From NCBI GenBank assembly GCA_964016885.1, contig OZ024765.1, forward strand, positions 21,948,001 to 22,012,000: DNA of 64,000 nucleotides, written 5' to 3'. The translations under genes were made by a program, and so were the position numbers. Below are positions 40,301 to 52,825 of this stretch, piece by piece. Numbering within the stretch: position 1 is the stretch's first letter; every line of letters begins with the position of its first letter. Origin of the DNA: Eledone cirrhosa (Eukaryota). A model generated the notes under the pieces. The model saw only the letters and a list, made by a program, of their open reading frames with translations. It searched no databases and was not told the DNA's origin.

Positions 40301-43300
40301 TGTGTCTATGTATGTCTGAGAGAGAGTGTCTATGTATGAGAGTGTCTGAGAGACTGTGTATGTGTGTCTATGTATGTCTGAGAGAGAGTGTCTATGTATG
40401 TGAGTGTCTGAGAGACTGTGTATGTGTGTCTATGTATGTCTGAGAGAGTGTCTATGTATGAGAGTGTCTGAGAGACTGTGTATGTGTGTCTATGTATGTC
40501 TGAGAGAGTGTGTCTATGTATGTGAGTGTCTGAGAGACTGTGTATGTGTGTCTATGTATGTCTGAGAGAGTGTGTCTATGTATGTGAGTGTCTGAGAGAC
40601 TATGTATGTGTGTCTATGTATGTCTGAGAGAGTGTCTATGTATGTGAGTGTCTGAGAGACTGTGTATGTGTGTCTATGTATGTCTGAGAGAGTGTCTATG
40701 TATGTGAGTGTCTGTGAGACTGTGTATGTGTGTCTATGTATGTCTGAGAGAGTGTCTATGTATGTGAGTGTCTGAGAGACTGTGTATGTGTGTCTATGTA
40801 TGTCTGAGAGAGTGTCTATGTATGTGAGTGTCTGAGAGACTGTGTATGTGTGTCTATGTCTGAGAGAGTGTCTATGTACGTGAGTGTCTGAGAGACTATG
40901 TATGTGTGTCTATGTATGTCTGAGAGAGAGTGTCTATGTATGTGAGTGTCTGAGAGACTATGTATGTGTGTCTATGTATGTCTGAGAGAGAGTGTCTATG
41001 TATGTGAGTGTCTGAGAGACTATGTATGTGTGTCTATGTATGTCTGAGAGAGAGTGTCTATGTATGTGAGTGTCTGAGAGACTGTGTATGTGTGTCTATG
41101 TATGTCTGAGAGAGAGTCTATGTATGTGTGTCTATGTATGTCTGAGAGAGTGTCTATGTACGTGAGTGTCTGAGAGACTATGTATGTGTGTCTATGTATG
41201 TCTGAGAGAGAGTGTCTATGTATGTGAGTGTCTGAGAGACTGTGTATGTGTGTCTATGTATGTCTGAGAGAGAGTGTCTATGTATGTGAGTGTCTGAGAG
41301 ACTATGTATGTGTGTCTATGTATGTCTGAGTCAGAGTGTCTATGTATGTGAGTGTCTGAGAGACTATCTATGTGTGTCTATGTATGTCTGAGAGAGTGTC
41401 TATGTATGTGAGTGTCTGAGAGACTGTGTATGTGTGTCTATGTATGTCTGAGAGAGAGTGTCTATGTATGTGAGTGTCTGAGAGACTATGTATGTGTGTC
41501 TATGTATGTCTGAGAGAGAGTGTCTATGTATGTGAGTGTCTGAGAGACTATGTATGTGTGTCTATGTATGTCTGAGAGAGTGTGTCTATGTATGTGAGTG
41601 TCTGAGAAACTATGTATGTCTGAGAGAGTGTGTCTATGTATGTGAGTGTCTGAGAGACTATGTATGTGTGTCTATGTATGTCTGAGAGAGAGTGTCTATG
41701 TATGAGAGTGTCTGAGAGACTGTGTATGTGTGTCTATGTATGTCTGAGAGAGTGTCTATGTATGAGAGTGTCTGAGAGACTGTGTATGTGTGTCTATGTA
41801 TGTCTGAGAGAGTGTGTCTATGTATGTGAGTGTCTGAGAGACTGTGTATGTGTGTCTATGTATGTCTGAGAGAGAGTGTCTATGTATGTTAGTGTCTGAG
41901 AGACTATGTATGTGTGTCTATGTATGTCTGAGAGAGTGTCTATGTATGTGAGTGTCTGAGAGACTGTGTATGTGTGTCTATGTATGTCTGAGAGAGTGTC
42001 TATGTATGAGAGTGTCCAAGAGACTATGTATGTGTGTCTATGTATGTCTGAGAGAGAGTCTATGTATGTGAGTGTCTGAGAGACTGTGTATGTGTGTCTA
42101 TGTATGTCTGAGAGAGAGTGTCTATGTATGTGAGTGTCTGAGAGACTGTGTATGTGTGTCTATGTATGTCTGAGAGAGTGTCTACGTATGTGTGTGTCTG
42201 AGAGACTATGTATGTGTGTCTATGTATGTCTGAGAGAGAGTCTATGTATGTGAGTGTCTGAGAGACTGTGTATGTGTGTCTATGTATGTGAGTGTCTGAG
42301 AGACTGTGTATGTGTGTCTATGTCTGAGAGAGTGTCTATGTACGTGAGTGTCTGAGAGACTATGTATGTGTGTCTATGTATGTCTGAGAGAGAGTGTCTA
42401 TGTATGTGAGTGTCTGAGAGACTATGTATGTGTGTCTATGTATGTCTGAGAGAGTGTCTATGTATGTGAGTGTCTGAGAGACTATGTATGTGTATCTATG
42501 TATGTCTGAGAGAGTGTCTATGTATGTGAGTGTCTGAGAGACTATGTATGTGTGTCTATGTATGTCTGAGAGAGTGTCTATGTATGTGAGTGTCTGAGAG
42601 ACTGTGTATGTGTGTCTATGTATGTCTGAGAGAGTGTGTCTATGTATGTGAGTGTCTGAGAGACTATGTATGTGTGTCTATGTATGTCTGAGAGAGTGTC
42701 TATGTATGTGAGTGTCTGAGAGACTGTGTATGTGTGTCTATGTATGTCTGAGAGAGTGTCTATGTATGTGAGTGTCTGAGAGACTGTGTATGTGTGTCTA
42801 TGTCTGAGAGAGTGTCTATGTACGTGAGTGTCTGAGAGACTATGTATGTGTGTCTATGTATGTCTGAGAGAGAGTGTCTATGTATGTGAGTGTCTGAGAG
42901 ACTATGTATGTGTGTCTATGTATGTCTGAGAGAGTGTCTATGTATGTGAGTGTCTGAGAGACTATGTATGTGTGTCTATGTATGTCTGAGAGAGAGTGTC
43001 TATGTATGTGAGTGTCTGTGAGACTATGTATGTGTGTCTATGTATGTCTAAGAGAGTGTCTATGTATGTGAGTGTCTGAGAGACTGTGTATGTGTGTCTA
43101 TGTATGTCTGAGAGAATGTGTCTATGTATGTGAGTGTCTGAGAGACTATGTATGTGTGTCTATGTATGTGAGTGTCTGAGAGACTGTGTATGTGTGTCTA
43201 TGTATGTCTGAGAGAGTGTCTATGTATGTGAGTGTCTGAGAGACTGTGTATGTGTGTCTATGTATGTCTGAGAGAGTGTCTATGTATGAGAGTGTCTGAG

Positions 43301-43654
43301 AGACTATGTATGTGTGTCTATGTATGTCTGAGAGAGAGTCTATATATGTGAGTGTCTGAGAGACTATGTATGTGTGTCTATGTATGTCTGAGAGAGAGTG
43401 TCTATGTATGTGAGTGTCTGAGAGACTGTGTATGTGTGTCTATGTATGTCTGAGAGAGAGTCTATGTATGTGAGTGTCTGAGAGACTATGTATGTGTGTC
43501 TATGTATGTCTGAGAGAGTGTGTATATGTATGTGAGTGTCTGAGAGACTATGTATGTGTGTCTATGTATGTTTGAGAGAGAGTGTATATGTATGTGAGTG
43601 TCTGAGAGACTATGTATGTGTGTCTATGTATGTCTGAGAGAGTGTCTATGTATG
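22378..43654. repeat. 21.3-kb satellite of 60/62-bp units (~350 units) inside the s2/FU-a intron
   Basis: Unit tgtctatgtatgtgagtgtctgagagact(a/g)tgtatgtgtgtctatgtatgtctgagagag(ag). Confidence 0.98.
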
Positions 43655-43755
43655 TTTATCTTCCCATCCCAGTAAAATATGTAATATCATTAACTATTAT
43701 TTTCCCTTTACCCTCATCTTATTCTTTGCTTTTTCTTCTTTTTCTCCTTCTTCAG

Positions 43756-44988
43756 GTAAATTTGTGCGCAAAAATGTCGATAGCTTGACCGAGGCTGAGA
43801 TAATCAGCCTACAATTGGCCTTACATTCCATGCAATCTGACCACGGTCCAACTGGTTTCCAGGCTATTTCAGCCTATCATGGAGAACCTGCTGACTGTAA
43901 AGCTGCCGATGGTAGTCCAGTGGTATGTTGTCTCCATGGTATGCCTACGTTTCCTTTATGGCACAGGTTGTACGTGGTACAATTTGAACAGGTTATGGCA
44001 AGTCATGGATCGACTCATGGTGTACCCTACTGGGATTGGACACAGGCGATATCTGAACTACCCTCCTTAGTTCAACATCCACTCTTTATCGATCCCAGCG
44101 GTAAGAAAGCAAAGAAAAATGTATTTTATTCTGGTGCCATTGAATTTGAGAACAAAGTCACTGCCAGAGCAATTGATAACCAACTTTTTGATGCCGCCCA
44201 CGGAAAGAAGAACAGCTTATTGGAGAAGATGTTGATGGCTTTTGAACAGGAAGACTATTGTCGGTTTGAAGTCCAGTTTGAGGTAGCACACAACCCAGTC
44301 CACTTCTTAGTTGGGGGTCGATACCCTTATTCTATGTCTAGTCTAGACTATACCTCATACGACCCTCTCTTCTTTTTACACCACTCCAACGTTGAGCGTT
44401 TGTTTAGTATATGGCAAGCTCTTCAGAAACACAGAGGCCATGATGAGAAGATTCACTGCGGTTTAAACTTACTTCACACTCCTATGGAACCTTTCGGACG
44501 AGATTCTAACCCAATTGAATTAACAAAGAAAAACGCTAAAGCAGCCGACATTTTCACTAGCGACCATTTAGAATATAATTACGACGATCTCACTTTAAAT
44601 GGAATGTCTATTTCTGAATTAGACAGCTTATTAAAGGAACGCCAGTCACACCCGAGAGCCTTCGCTAACTTCCGTTTGGGTGGTATCAAGACATCAGCTA
44701 ATGTTCACATCATGGTGTGTATCCCAAGCAAAGATTCAAGAAAGAGCGACGACTGCCATAATGATGCTGGAGAATTCTTCATCCTCGGTGGTAAAAGAGA
44801 GATGCCATGGAACTTTGGTTATCCTTATCTTTATGATATCAGCGATACAGTCAAGTCTTTAGGATTGGAATTAGATGGAGACTATTATCTGAAAGCCGAA
44901 GTGACAGCTATCAATGGAAGTCATCTTCCTGAGGAAGTTATTCCAAAACCAATTGTTACCTACATCCCAGAAGTTGGACATCACGACC
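43756..44988 (+). CDS. Hc: Hemocyanin FU-a exon, plus gene
   Basis: ttcttcag acceptor, CuA and CuB His motifs, phase-1 donor C|GTAAGT at 44989; matches the Octopus FU-a pattern HGEPADCKA.DGS.VVCCLHGMPTFPLWHR. Confidence 0.97.
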
Positions 44989-45039
44989 GTAAGTACCTCC
45001 TTTCTCTCAGACATTTATCTAGAACTAAACAAAATACAA

Positions 45040-46277
45040 AATGTTATGTGAGATATTATGTGAGGTAAAGACTTTACTGTGAAAATACAATAGTATATAT
45101 AGAGTAATGTAAATGTTATGTGAGATATTATGTGAGGTAAAGCCTTTACTGTGAAAATACAATAGTATATATAGAGTAATGTAAATGTTATGTGAGATAT
45201 TATGTGAGGTAAAGCCTTTACTGTGAAAATACAATAGTAAATATAGAGTAATGTAAATGTTATGTGAGATATTATGTGAGGTAAAGCCTTTACTGTGAAA
45301 ATACAATAGTATATATATAGAGTAATGTAAAGGTTATGTGAGATATTATGTGAGGTAAAGCCTTTACTGTGAAAATACAATAGTATATATAGAGTAATGT
45401 AAATGTTATGTGAGATATTATGTGAGGTAAAGCCTTTACTGTGAAAATACAATAGTATATTTATAGAGTAATGTAAATGTTATGTGAGATATTATGTGAG
45501 GTAAAGCCTTTACTGTGAAAATAAAATAGTATATATATAGAGTAATGTAAATGTTATGTGAGATATTATGTGAGGTAAAGCCTTTACTGTGAAAATACAA
45601 TAGTATATATAGAGTAATGTAAATGTTATGTGAGATATTATGTGAGGTGAAGACTTTACTGTGAAAATACAATAGTATATATAGAGTAATGTAAATGTTA
45701 TGTGAGATATTATGTGAGGTAAAGCCTTTACTGTGAAAATACAATAGTATATATAGAGTAATGTAAATGTTATGTGAGATATTATGTGAGGTAAAGCCTT
45801 TACTGTGAAAATACAATAGTATATATAGAGTAATGTAAATGTTATGTGAGATATTATGTGAGGTAAAGCCTTTACTGTGAAAATACAATAGTAAATATAG
45901 AGTAATGTAAATGTTATGTGAGATATTATGTGAGGTAAAGCCTTTACTGTGAAAATACAATAGTATATATATAGAGTAATGTAAATGTTATGTGAGATAT
46001 TATGTGAGGTGAAGACTTTACTGTGAAAATACAATAGTATATATAGAGTAATGTAAATGTTATGTGAGATATTATGTGAGGTGAAGACTTTACTGTGAAA
46101 ATACAATAGTATATATAGAGTAATGTAAATGTTATGTGAGATATTATGTGAGGTAAAGCCTTTACTGTGAAAATACAATAGTATATATAGAGTAATGTAA
46201 ATGTTATGTGAGATATTATGTGAGATAAAGCCTTTACTGTGAAAATACAATAGTATATATAGAGTAATGTAAATGTT
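45040..46277 (+). repeat. 72-bp minisatellite (~17 units), FU-a/FU-b linker intron
   Basis: Same unit as 94-549 and 63871-64000. Confidence 0.97.
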
Positions 46278-46365
46278 AAAGGGTTAGACAATAGTTTTAA
46301 TTCAAGTGAATGTTTTCTTGTTTTAGAATCAACTTCTATTTAAACCTTCTCTTCTATAATTTCAG

Positions 46366-46828
46366 CTGCCATGATTAAAGTTGATAAAGTTGATATAAAG
46401 ATCCGTAAAGATCTTAATGTCCTCACTAAAGAAGAAGAATACTCAGTAAGGATGGCATTGGAACGTTTTATGTTAGATAAATCTATTAACGGCTACCAAG
46501 CTCTGGCAGAATTCCACGGCCTTCCTGGTAAATGTCCTCGACCAGATGCTCCAAACCGTATTGTTTGCTGTGAACATGGTATGGCAACATTTCCTCACTG
46601 GCACAGACTTGTCATCATGCAGTTTGAAGATGCCCTTGCTGACAGAGGTTCTAAGATTGGGGTACCATACTGGGACTGGTCAAAACCCATCAGCCAGTTG
46701 CCACATTTGGTAGCTGAAGAAACATATCAAGATCCTTACACAATGGAAACTAAAGCTAATCCTTTCTTCCGTTCCCCCATCACCTTCCTCCATTCCGATG
46801 TTTATACCGCCCGAGATATTGATCCAAG
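46366..46828 (+). CDS. Hc: Hemocyanin FU-b exon 1
   Basis: ttcag acceptor; EFHGLP, CCEHGMATFPHWHR and PYWDWS motifs; phase-2 donor AG|GTTTGT at 46829. Confidence 0.95.
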
Positions 46829-46924
46829 GTTTGTATAACTGATCAATATTATTGATTTTAATCTTTGTTTCCTACCCTCCATTAAATTTCACACTTAATT
46901 CTTCTCTGTGGCAGCTACAAAGTA

Positions 46925-46926
46925 TA

Positions 46927-46959
<33 letters not shown>

Positions 46960-47046
46960 ATGTATGGCTGTCTGTCTGTCTGGCTGTCTGTCTGTCTATC
47001 TGTCTATCTGTCTGTCTGTCTGTCTATCTGTCTGTCTGTCTATCTG

Positions 47047-47076
<30 letters not shown>
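46925..47076. repeat. (TCTG)n/(TATC)n microsatellite at the LINE insertion site
   Basis: Direct reading; the repeat resumes at 52782. Confidence 0.95.
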
Positions 47077-47078
<2 letters not shown>

Positions 47079-47279
47079 GATAGAGTAAGACACGCTTCGC
47101 ATCGGCTCCGCTATTCCATCGGGATTTACCCTTACTATTGTAAGTACCGGATAAATTTCTTAGTGCAACACATTTGGAACACTAACCCCTGTTATTTAGG
47201 GAAACATTTTTGCATTTACCCCCTTTTTAGGGGGTAAAATAAATATCTATTTTTGCCGAAAAATTTCTTTCTTGGCAGC

Positions 47280-49116
47280 ATGGCGGAAAAGATGGCAGAC
47301 ATGTCTGCCATTAGCTCTGCCACGCCCCCCAAGTCTGAAGAACAAAAAATAATTACAACAAAATTAGACATTGAAACAAACAAACAAAATGAAAAAACAA
47401 ATGTTAAGGAAAATGAGCAAACAGAAAACAAACAAACAGAAAATAATACAAATAACGACAGGGCAACTTTCGCCCAGAAAACAAAGCAATCCATTACATA
47501 CACACCAATTGACCTAACTGCCGCCAGAGAAAAACTGGCCGAAGCAAAGAAACATATTGTTTTGGGGGAAAACGGAATGTTTTCCATTAACTCCCCCCCA
47601 GAATTCAAGAAAGCCAGAGCAGAAAACACAGTTATATACAGAACTATACTAAACCAGTCAAGAAAGCCAGCACAGCCCAGCCAAATGGAAATAGAGTTAG
47701 TCCTAAAAGACTATATGAAGAATATTCTCTTCATACGAAAGGACCGACTCTATGGCAGCATTTCGGTCCTAACAAGAGACAAAGAAACGGCGGTTCAGCT
47801 TTCCCTAAGCCCACTCTCGTCGACAACATATAGCTTCTATCCCTCCTACATGGGTAGAAGAACTCAGAGAATAAAAGTAAAAACAATGCTGCCCACAATG
47901 GACTTCTGGTGGGCTATTGCTGGCTTCATTGATATGGGCGAAGACACTATGCTGTCAATGGGGAAGGCAACTGGAGATGCGTTCCTGGGAATGGGCCTCG
48001 ACATACTAGTCCAAATGAGGCCCGAAAGAATAGCACAAATCCCGGATCGCATCTGGCTGGATGACCTTACCCCAATAGACATAATTGTAGAGGGGAGAAG
48101 ACCAGCATGCTATTTATGCATGGAAAGGGGACACGTTAAGGCTAACTGCCCGAAACGTATCCCCCAAAAAGGACTATTGCCCACACCCACCACAAACAGT
48201 ACACCAGCACCACCCACCTCCAAAAATACACTAATACCACACACAGCAAACAAAATACAGACACCACCAACCACAAACACAACACAAACATCACCACCAC
48301 CAGCACCAAACACAAACACGACACAAAAATCACCACCACCAACCACAACACAAACATCACCACCACCATTACCAACCACAAGCACGACACAAACATTACC
48401 ACCACCACCACCACAAAACCCATTCCAAACAAATAATAAAAAAAACAGTAACAAATCTACCCCTCCCGCAAAAAAAAAAACAACCACACAACACGTCCCT
48501 CCCACCTAGCGCTGAAGAGTTTCCCCCAACTTCTGAAGAAGAAGGAGGAGAAGCCTTCAGACAAGTTAAAAGAAAAAAAAGAAAACACACACCCAGCACA
48601 CCACAAATAACCCACACACAAACACCAACTCCAATCAAAAACACCCCACCCTCAACAAACAAAAATAAATCTGCGCCTCCCCTCTCCGAAACATTGACAG
48701 CATCACAAAAAAAGACGTTGCAATACACATATATAAATAAAGAAAACAAAAAACTGGTTAAATTAATAAACAATAACCCTATGGTGCAGACCGAAGGGCC
48801 AAACTTTATCTCAACAGAGAACTTCACCCATTTAAAAATGATAAAGGTCCCTCTGGACCTTTATCGTTCCTTAAAAGAACAATTTAGACGGGACGTGAGC
48901 CCCCCCTGTTTAAAACCGTTGAATCGCGTCCTCTTGAAAGATTTCCCCATAACCGCCCCTCTCCCTGACACAACTCCAAATACCCCAACCCCACCACACA
49001 CGTGTACCCCCACACCACCACAAAACATCCCTCCACCCAACACACCTGATGCCATGGAAATTACGCCACCCGGAGAGGTAAGTGCTTTTCTTTCTTCACT
49101 TTCAACACCAAAATAG
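47280..49116 (+). CDS. LINE ORF1 (gag-like, CCHC knuckle, P/T-rich linker), broken by one frameshift near the A11 run at 48470-48480
   Basis: CYLCMERGHVKANC; the frame starting at 48481 (QPHNTSLPPSAEEFPP...KRKKRK) stays open to the TAG at 49114-49116. Confidence 0.75.
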
Positions 49117-49121
49117 ATCAA

Positions 49122-52100
49122 TTGAGAGTTGGCTGTTTGAACGCGCGTGGCCTGAGCTCAGCTTGGAAGCAAGCAAAGCTTCTAAGTGACCTCAGGTCAC
49201 AAAGTATAGATGTGATGGTTGTTTGCGAGAGTCGGATCAGCAGCGTGAGACAGCTGGCGCCCGCCTTCGATGACTTTGAGATGCACGCATCTCTCTGTCA
49301 ACCCGGAGGCGGGGGGGGAGTTGCCGTACTGCTGGATAAACGTCTGACTCTCGACGTACAGATTGTTCACTCGGACCCGGGGGGTCGATTACTGGTGCTG
49401 GACGTCGGAGGTGGTGAAGGCGGGGCTTTCAGACTGGTCGGTCTTTATGCTCCCTTCGGGGCGGAGAGAGCCGACTTCTTCCAACGTCTGGAGACTTTTC
49501 TAGGAACGTCGCGTTCCCTGCTTTTAGTGGGGGACTGGAATGGAATCCTAGATGCGCGTTGGGACTATGCAGGGGCATGTCCCGATAGAGGGGGGTGTAG
49601 CAGCCTCAAGGGGTTACTCGATCGATTCGACCTGGTCGATAGATTTCGACTAGATTGTCCAACTGCGCCAACCTGGACCTGGGCAAACCGCAGTGGACAA
49701 TCTAGATCGTACCTAGATAGGTTTTTGGTTAGGAGTAAGGATAGGGACGTATTTAGTTGTCCAGAACTGATCATGGTTGGCTATTCAGATCACAAATTAG
49801 TGACCTGCGTGGTCAACCTTGATAGAACGCATAGACAGGGTCCCGGTTACTGGAAGATGAACTTGTCCTTACCGACAAAGAAAGATTACAGAAACCGGAT
49901 TAGTAGCTTAGTTAAGATGCGGTTGACGGGAGCGATCGTCAACAGTAGGTGGTGGATATCTCTAAAGAGAGAGATTAGAGTAAGTTCGATAGGTTACAGT
50001 AAGGAACTAGCGGCGAATACAAATAGGAGGGAAAGGGAGTTAACAGATAAACTAGAAGAGGCGATTAGGAGCGGAGACGTAGCCAGAGTGTTAGCGACGA
50101 GAACGGCATTGAGCCAGTTCTTTGACGCGAAGCACGAAGGCTGCGTTGTCCGAAGTAAAATACGTGCTTTAGGAAACGAGGGGACCAAAGCTGTTAGCTG
50201 GGCCCGCGTGACAGAAGCCAAGAGTGGGATTAAATCCACCATTCGGTCTTTGCGAGACCAGGATGGACGGGTGATCCTTGAACCTGAGCGAATGTGCGAG
50301 ACCTTTCAAAGGCACTTTGCTCGACTGTTCGGAGGTGGCGGGGGGCCGGACGGGGATGTGGACTTCGGTCCATACCTCGACGGTCTACCGCGTCTTTCGA
50401 GCGGCGAAGCGGAGTGCTGCGAAGGGCCAATCACAGCCACTGAAATCGGGGAAGCGCTCAGCCAATGCAGCAGACGCAAATCCCCGGGTCTCGATGGTCT
50501 ACCATACGAACTTTATTTAGCTATGCCGGTCTTGTTCTCCGAACTCCTCGAGGCTGTCTATTGCAACTGGCAACAGAACGGGAGAATTCCCTGTTCTGTG
50601 ACCAAGGGCGTGGTCACGCTAGTGAGGAAGGACGAGAGCAAGGGGGACGACTTAAGTAACTTTAGGCCCATAACTCTGCTGAATGCAGAGTTACAGATTT
50701 TGGCCAAGGTGTTGACGAAGAGGTTGGCGCTTGTGGTGGGTGGTTTGGTGGGAGACGCGCAGACATGCGCTATCCCGTCCAGGTCCATTCACGACAACCT
50801 CCACCTCATGCGATACATCATAGAGAGGGTTGGCTACGAACCCGGCTTTGGTGGGGCCCTGATCAACTTGGATCAATCTAAGGCGTTCGATAGGGTCGAC
50901 CATGGTTACCTGGATGCGGTGCTAGCGGCGGCGGGCTTCGGACCCGTTTTCAGGGGCTGGATTTCTGCCATGCACAGTGGCAACATCTACTCTAGGATTA
51001 AAGTAAACGGCTACCTCTCGGAGCCGTTTCAAATCACCCGATCCATCAGACAGGGGTGCCCCCTCTCCTCCCTTCTGTACGTATTGACTCTCGAGCCACT
51101 GCTGCGGAAGTTGGAGTTGCTGCGGGGCATACCCCTGGAACCGGGATTGCACAAAGCGGTCTCGGCCTATGCCGATGACGTAACAGTAATGGTGGCGGAC
51201 GCCTCGGAAATCGGGGCGATCGCCACCCTACTGGAGGAATACGAAAGGCTGACGGGGGCTAAGCTGAACCAGGACAAGTCAGTCGGTTTGCAACTCGGAA
51301 CGTGGAGGGGCAAACCGATGCCGTTAGACGGTGTCGTCGGGCGGTGGACGGAGGGCCCGGTGAAGCTGCTCGGGGTCTGGTTCGGACCGGACCTCCAGGT
51401 GGAGAAGAATTGGGGCGAGGTGACGAGCAGGGTGTTTGCGCTGACCCAGAAGTGGGCCAAGTGCAAACTATCACTGAAAGGTCGGGCGGAGGTGACGAAC
51501 GCTTACATAGCGTCCGTCATCTACTACCGCCTGACCGTCGTGCCTTGCCCCAAGGAAAAGCTCACCATCATGGAACGCATGCTCTTCCAGTTCCTCTGGA
51601 AGAAGCGGCCTCCCATGGTGAGGAGATCCATCTGCTGCCAGCACCCTTCGAAAGGAGGGCTGGGTATGCCGTGGCTGTTGATGCGTAGGCACGCATTGAG
51701 GCTACGGCATCTACAGGTATTCCTCAACGGTCAGCCGGTGTGGGCCCCGTTTGTGAGGCGAGCCTTCCCACAGCTCGTCTCGCTCACCGAACTGCAATCC
51801 TGGGTGAAGCAAAGACCGAGAAAAATGGGCAACTGGCACACTGAGTGTGCCCAGGCGCTCACGGCTATCTGGCAAGCGGACCCGACTGTCAGTGGAGAAT
51901 CCACCTCGACATTCTATAGAGGGTTGGTGGCTAGCAGGGGCGACGACACCCTTGGAGAGTCGCTAGGCATGGAGGAGGACGAACTGGCCAGCCTGTTCGG
52001 TAGAACTTTCGGCCCGGGACCCATGGACAACTTCCAGAGGTCCCTAGCCTGGCAGTGTTACCGGGGGGCTCTGCCCGTTCGAGAAAAGCTCTACAGACAC

Positions 52101-52550
52101 GGGCGCCCGGGCAGGGATCCCGCGAAAAAGATCTGTCCCAGATGCGTGCGCGACGAGGAAACCGTTGCGCATGCACTGGTACACTGCCCGGGCGTTGCCG
52201 ATCTGTGGGGCTACGTCGAACGACTGCTGTCGCGTGTGGCGCCGATTCGATTAACCGCCGAGTCTGTGGTGAACATCAAGCCGCCTCCTCCCTTCAGAAA
52301 TGAAGCAGAGGCGGTCTTTCTGTGCGTAATAGCCATGATGAAAGAGGTTGTGTGGTGGACGCGCCTGAAAGGTCTGAGGTCGGGTGACTTTCTCTCCGGC
52401 CATCACCTGGTTTACTTCTTCCGATACCACTTCGGAAGAAGAATCAGGATGGAGAGAGAAGTGCTTGGTCCCAGACAGTTTTATGAAAGGTGGGTGAAAG
52501 AAGCGAGAATGGCCCGTGTAAATGGGCCTTCTCTCTACATTGTTCTGTAG
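49122..52550 (+). CDS. LINE ORF2: APE endonuclease + reverse transcriptase + C-terminal CCHC, uninterrupted 1142 aa
   Basis: LNARG, GDWN, YLDRF and SDH (EN); KSPGLDG, FRPITLLN, LDQSKAFDRV, QGCPLS and YADD (RT); CPRC..EETVAHALVHC. Confidence 0.95.
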   Translation: MRVGCLNARGLSSAWKQAKLLSDLRSQSIDVMVVCESRISSVRQLAPAFDDFEMHASLCQPGGGGGVAVLLDKRLTLDVQIVHSDPGGRLLVLDVGGGEGGAFRLVGLYAPFGAERADFFQRLETFLGTSRSLLLVGDWNGILDARWDYAGACPDRGGCSSLKGLLDRFDLVDRFRLDCPTAPTWTWANRSGQSRSYLDRFLVRSKDRDVFSCPELIMVGYSDHKLVTCVVNLDRTHRQGPGYWKMNLSLPTKKDYRNRISSLVKMRLTGAIVNSRWWISLKREIRVSSIGYSKELAANTNRRERELTDKLEEAIRSGDVARVLATRTALSQFFDAKHEGCVVRSKIRALGNEGTKAVSWARVTEAKSGIKSTIRSLRDQDGRVILEPERMCETFQRHFARLFGGGGGPDGDVDFGPYLDGLPRLSSGEAECCEGPITATEIGEALSQCSRRKSPGLDGLPYELYLAMPVLFSELLEAVYCNWQQNGRIPCSVTKGVVTLVRKDESKGDDLSNFRPITLLNAELQILAKVLTKRLALVVGGLVGDAQTCAIPSRSIHDNLHLMRYIIERVGYEPGFGGALINLDQSKAFDRVDHGYLDAVLAAAGFGPVFRGWISAMHSGNIYSRIKVNGYLSEPFQITRSIRQGCPLSSLLYVLTLEPLLRKLELLRGIPLEPGLHKAVSAYADDVTVMVADASEIGAIATLLEEYERLTGAKLNQDKSVGLQLGTWRGKPMPLDGVVGRWTEGPVKLLGVWFGPDLQVEKNWGEVTSRVFALTQKWAKCKLSLKGRAEVTNAYIASVIYYRLTVVPCPKEKLTIMERMLFQFLWKKRPPMVRRSICCQHPSKGGLGMPWLLMRRHALRLRHLQVFLNGQPVWAPFVRRAFPQLVSLTELQSWVKQRPRKMGNWHTECAQALTAIWQADPTVSGESTSTFYRGLVASRGDDTLGESLGMEEDELASLFGRTFGPGPMDNFQRSLAWQCYRGALPVREKLYRHGRPGRDPAKKICPRCVRDEETVAHALVHCPGVADLWGYVERLLSRVAPIRLTAESVVNIKPPPPFRNEAEAVFLCVIAMMKEVVWWTRLKGLRSGDFLSGHHLVYFFRYHFGRRIRMEREVLGPRQFYERWVKEARMARVNGPSLYIVL

Positions 52551-52825
52551 GTGAAGAAGTGAAGAGGAAAGGGGGAGCGCCTCCTCTCTGGGCTTCCCCC
52601 GCGAAAAGAGTTGCACACTTTTCGGGGGTATGTGCAATCCCCAACACGCCCCCTCCCTTTTGAGGACTTTTTATTGTTATATTATTATTGTTATTCCTTT
52701 TTTCTTTACTCGATTTATGTAAACTCCCCCACTGTGTAAATGTCCCCTTCTTTTGTGCCCTCGTGGCAAATAAATAGAAATTTATCTATCTATCTATCTA
52801 TTTATCTGTCTATCTGTCTATCTAA

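Larger units (their letters stand above)
47077..52781 (+). mobile_element. Apparently full-length Tx1/L1-group non-LTR retrotransposon in the FU-b internal intron
   Basis: 5'UTR, ORF1 with zinc knuckle, ORF2 with APE-RT-CCHC, 3'UTR with AATAAA at 52769; flanked on both sides by (TATC)n. Confidence 0.92.

Noticed and set aside
49078-49116. Mini-intron (GTAAGT...TAG) fusing LINE ORF1 to ORF2
   Set aside because: Only 39 nt long, and splicing gives ATC AAT TGA (stop) rather than the ORF2 frame.
49565-52647. Short antisense or alternate-frame ORFs over LINE ORF2 and the hemocyanin exons
   Set aside because: Shadow ORFs with no recognisable motifs.
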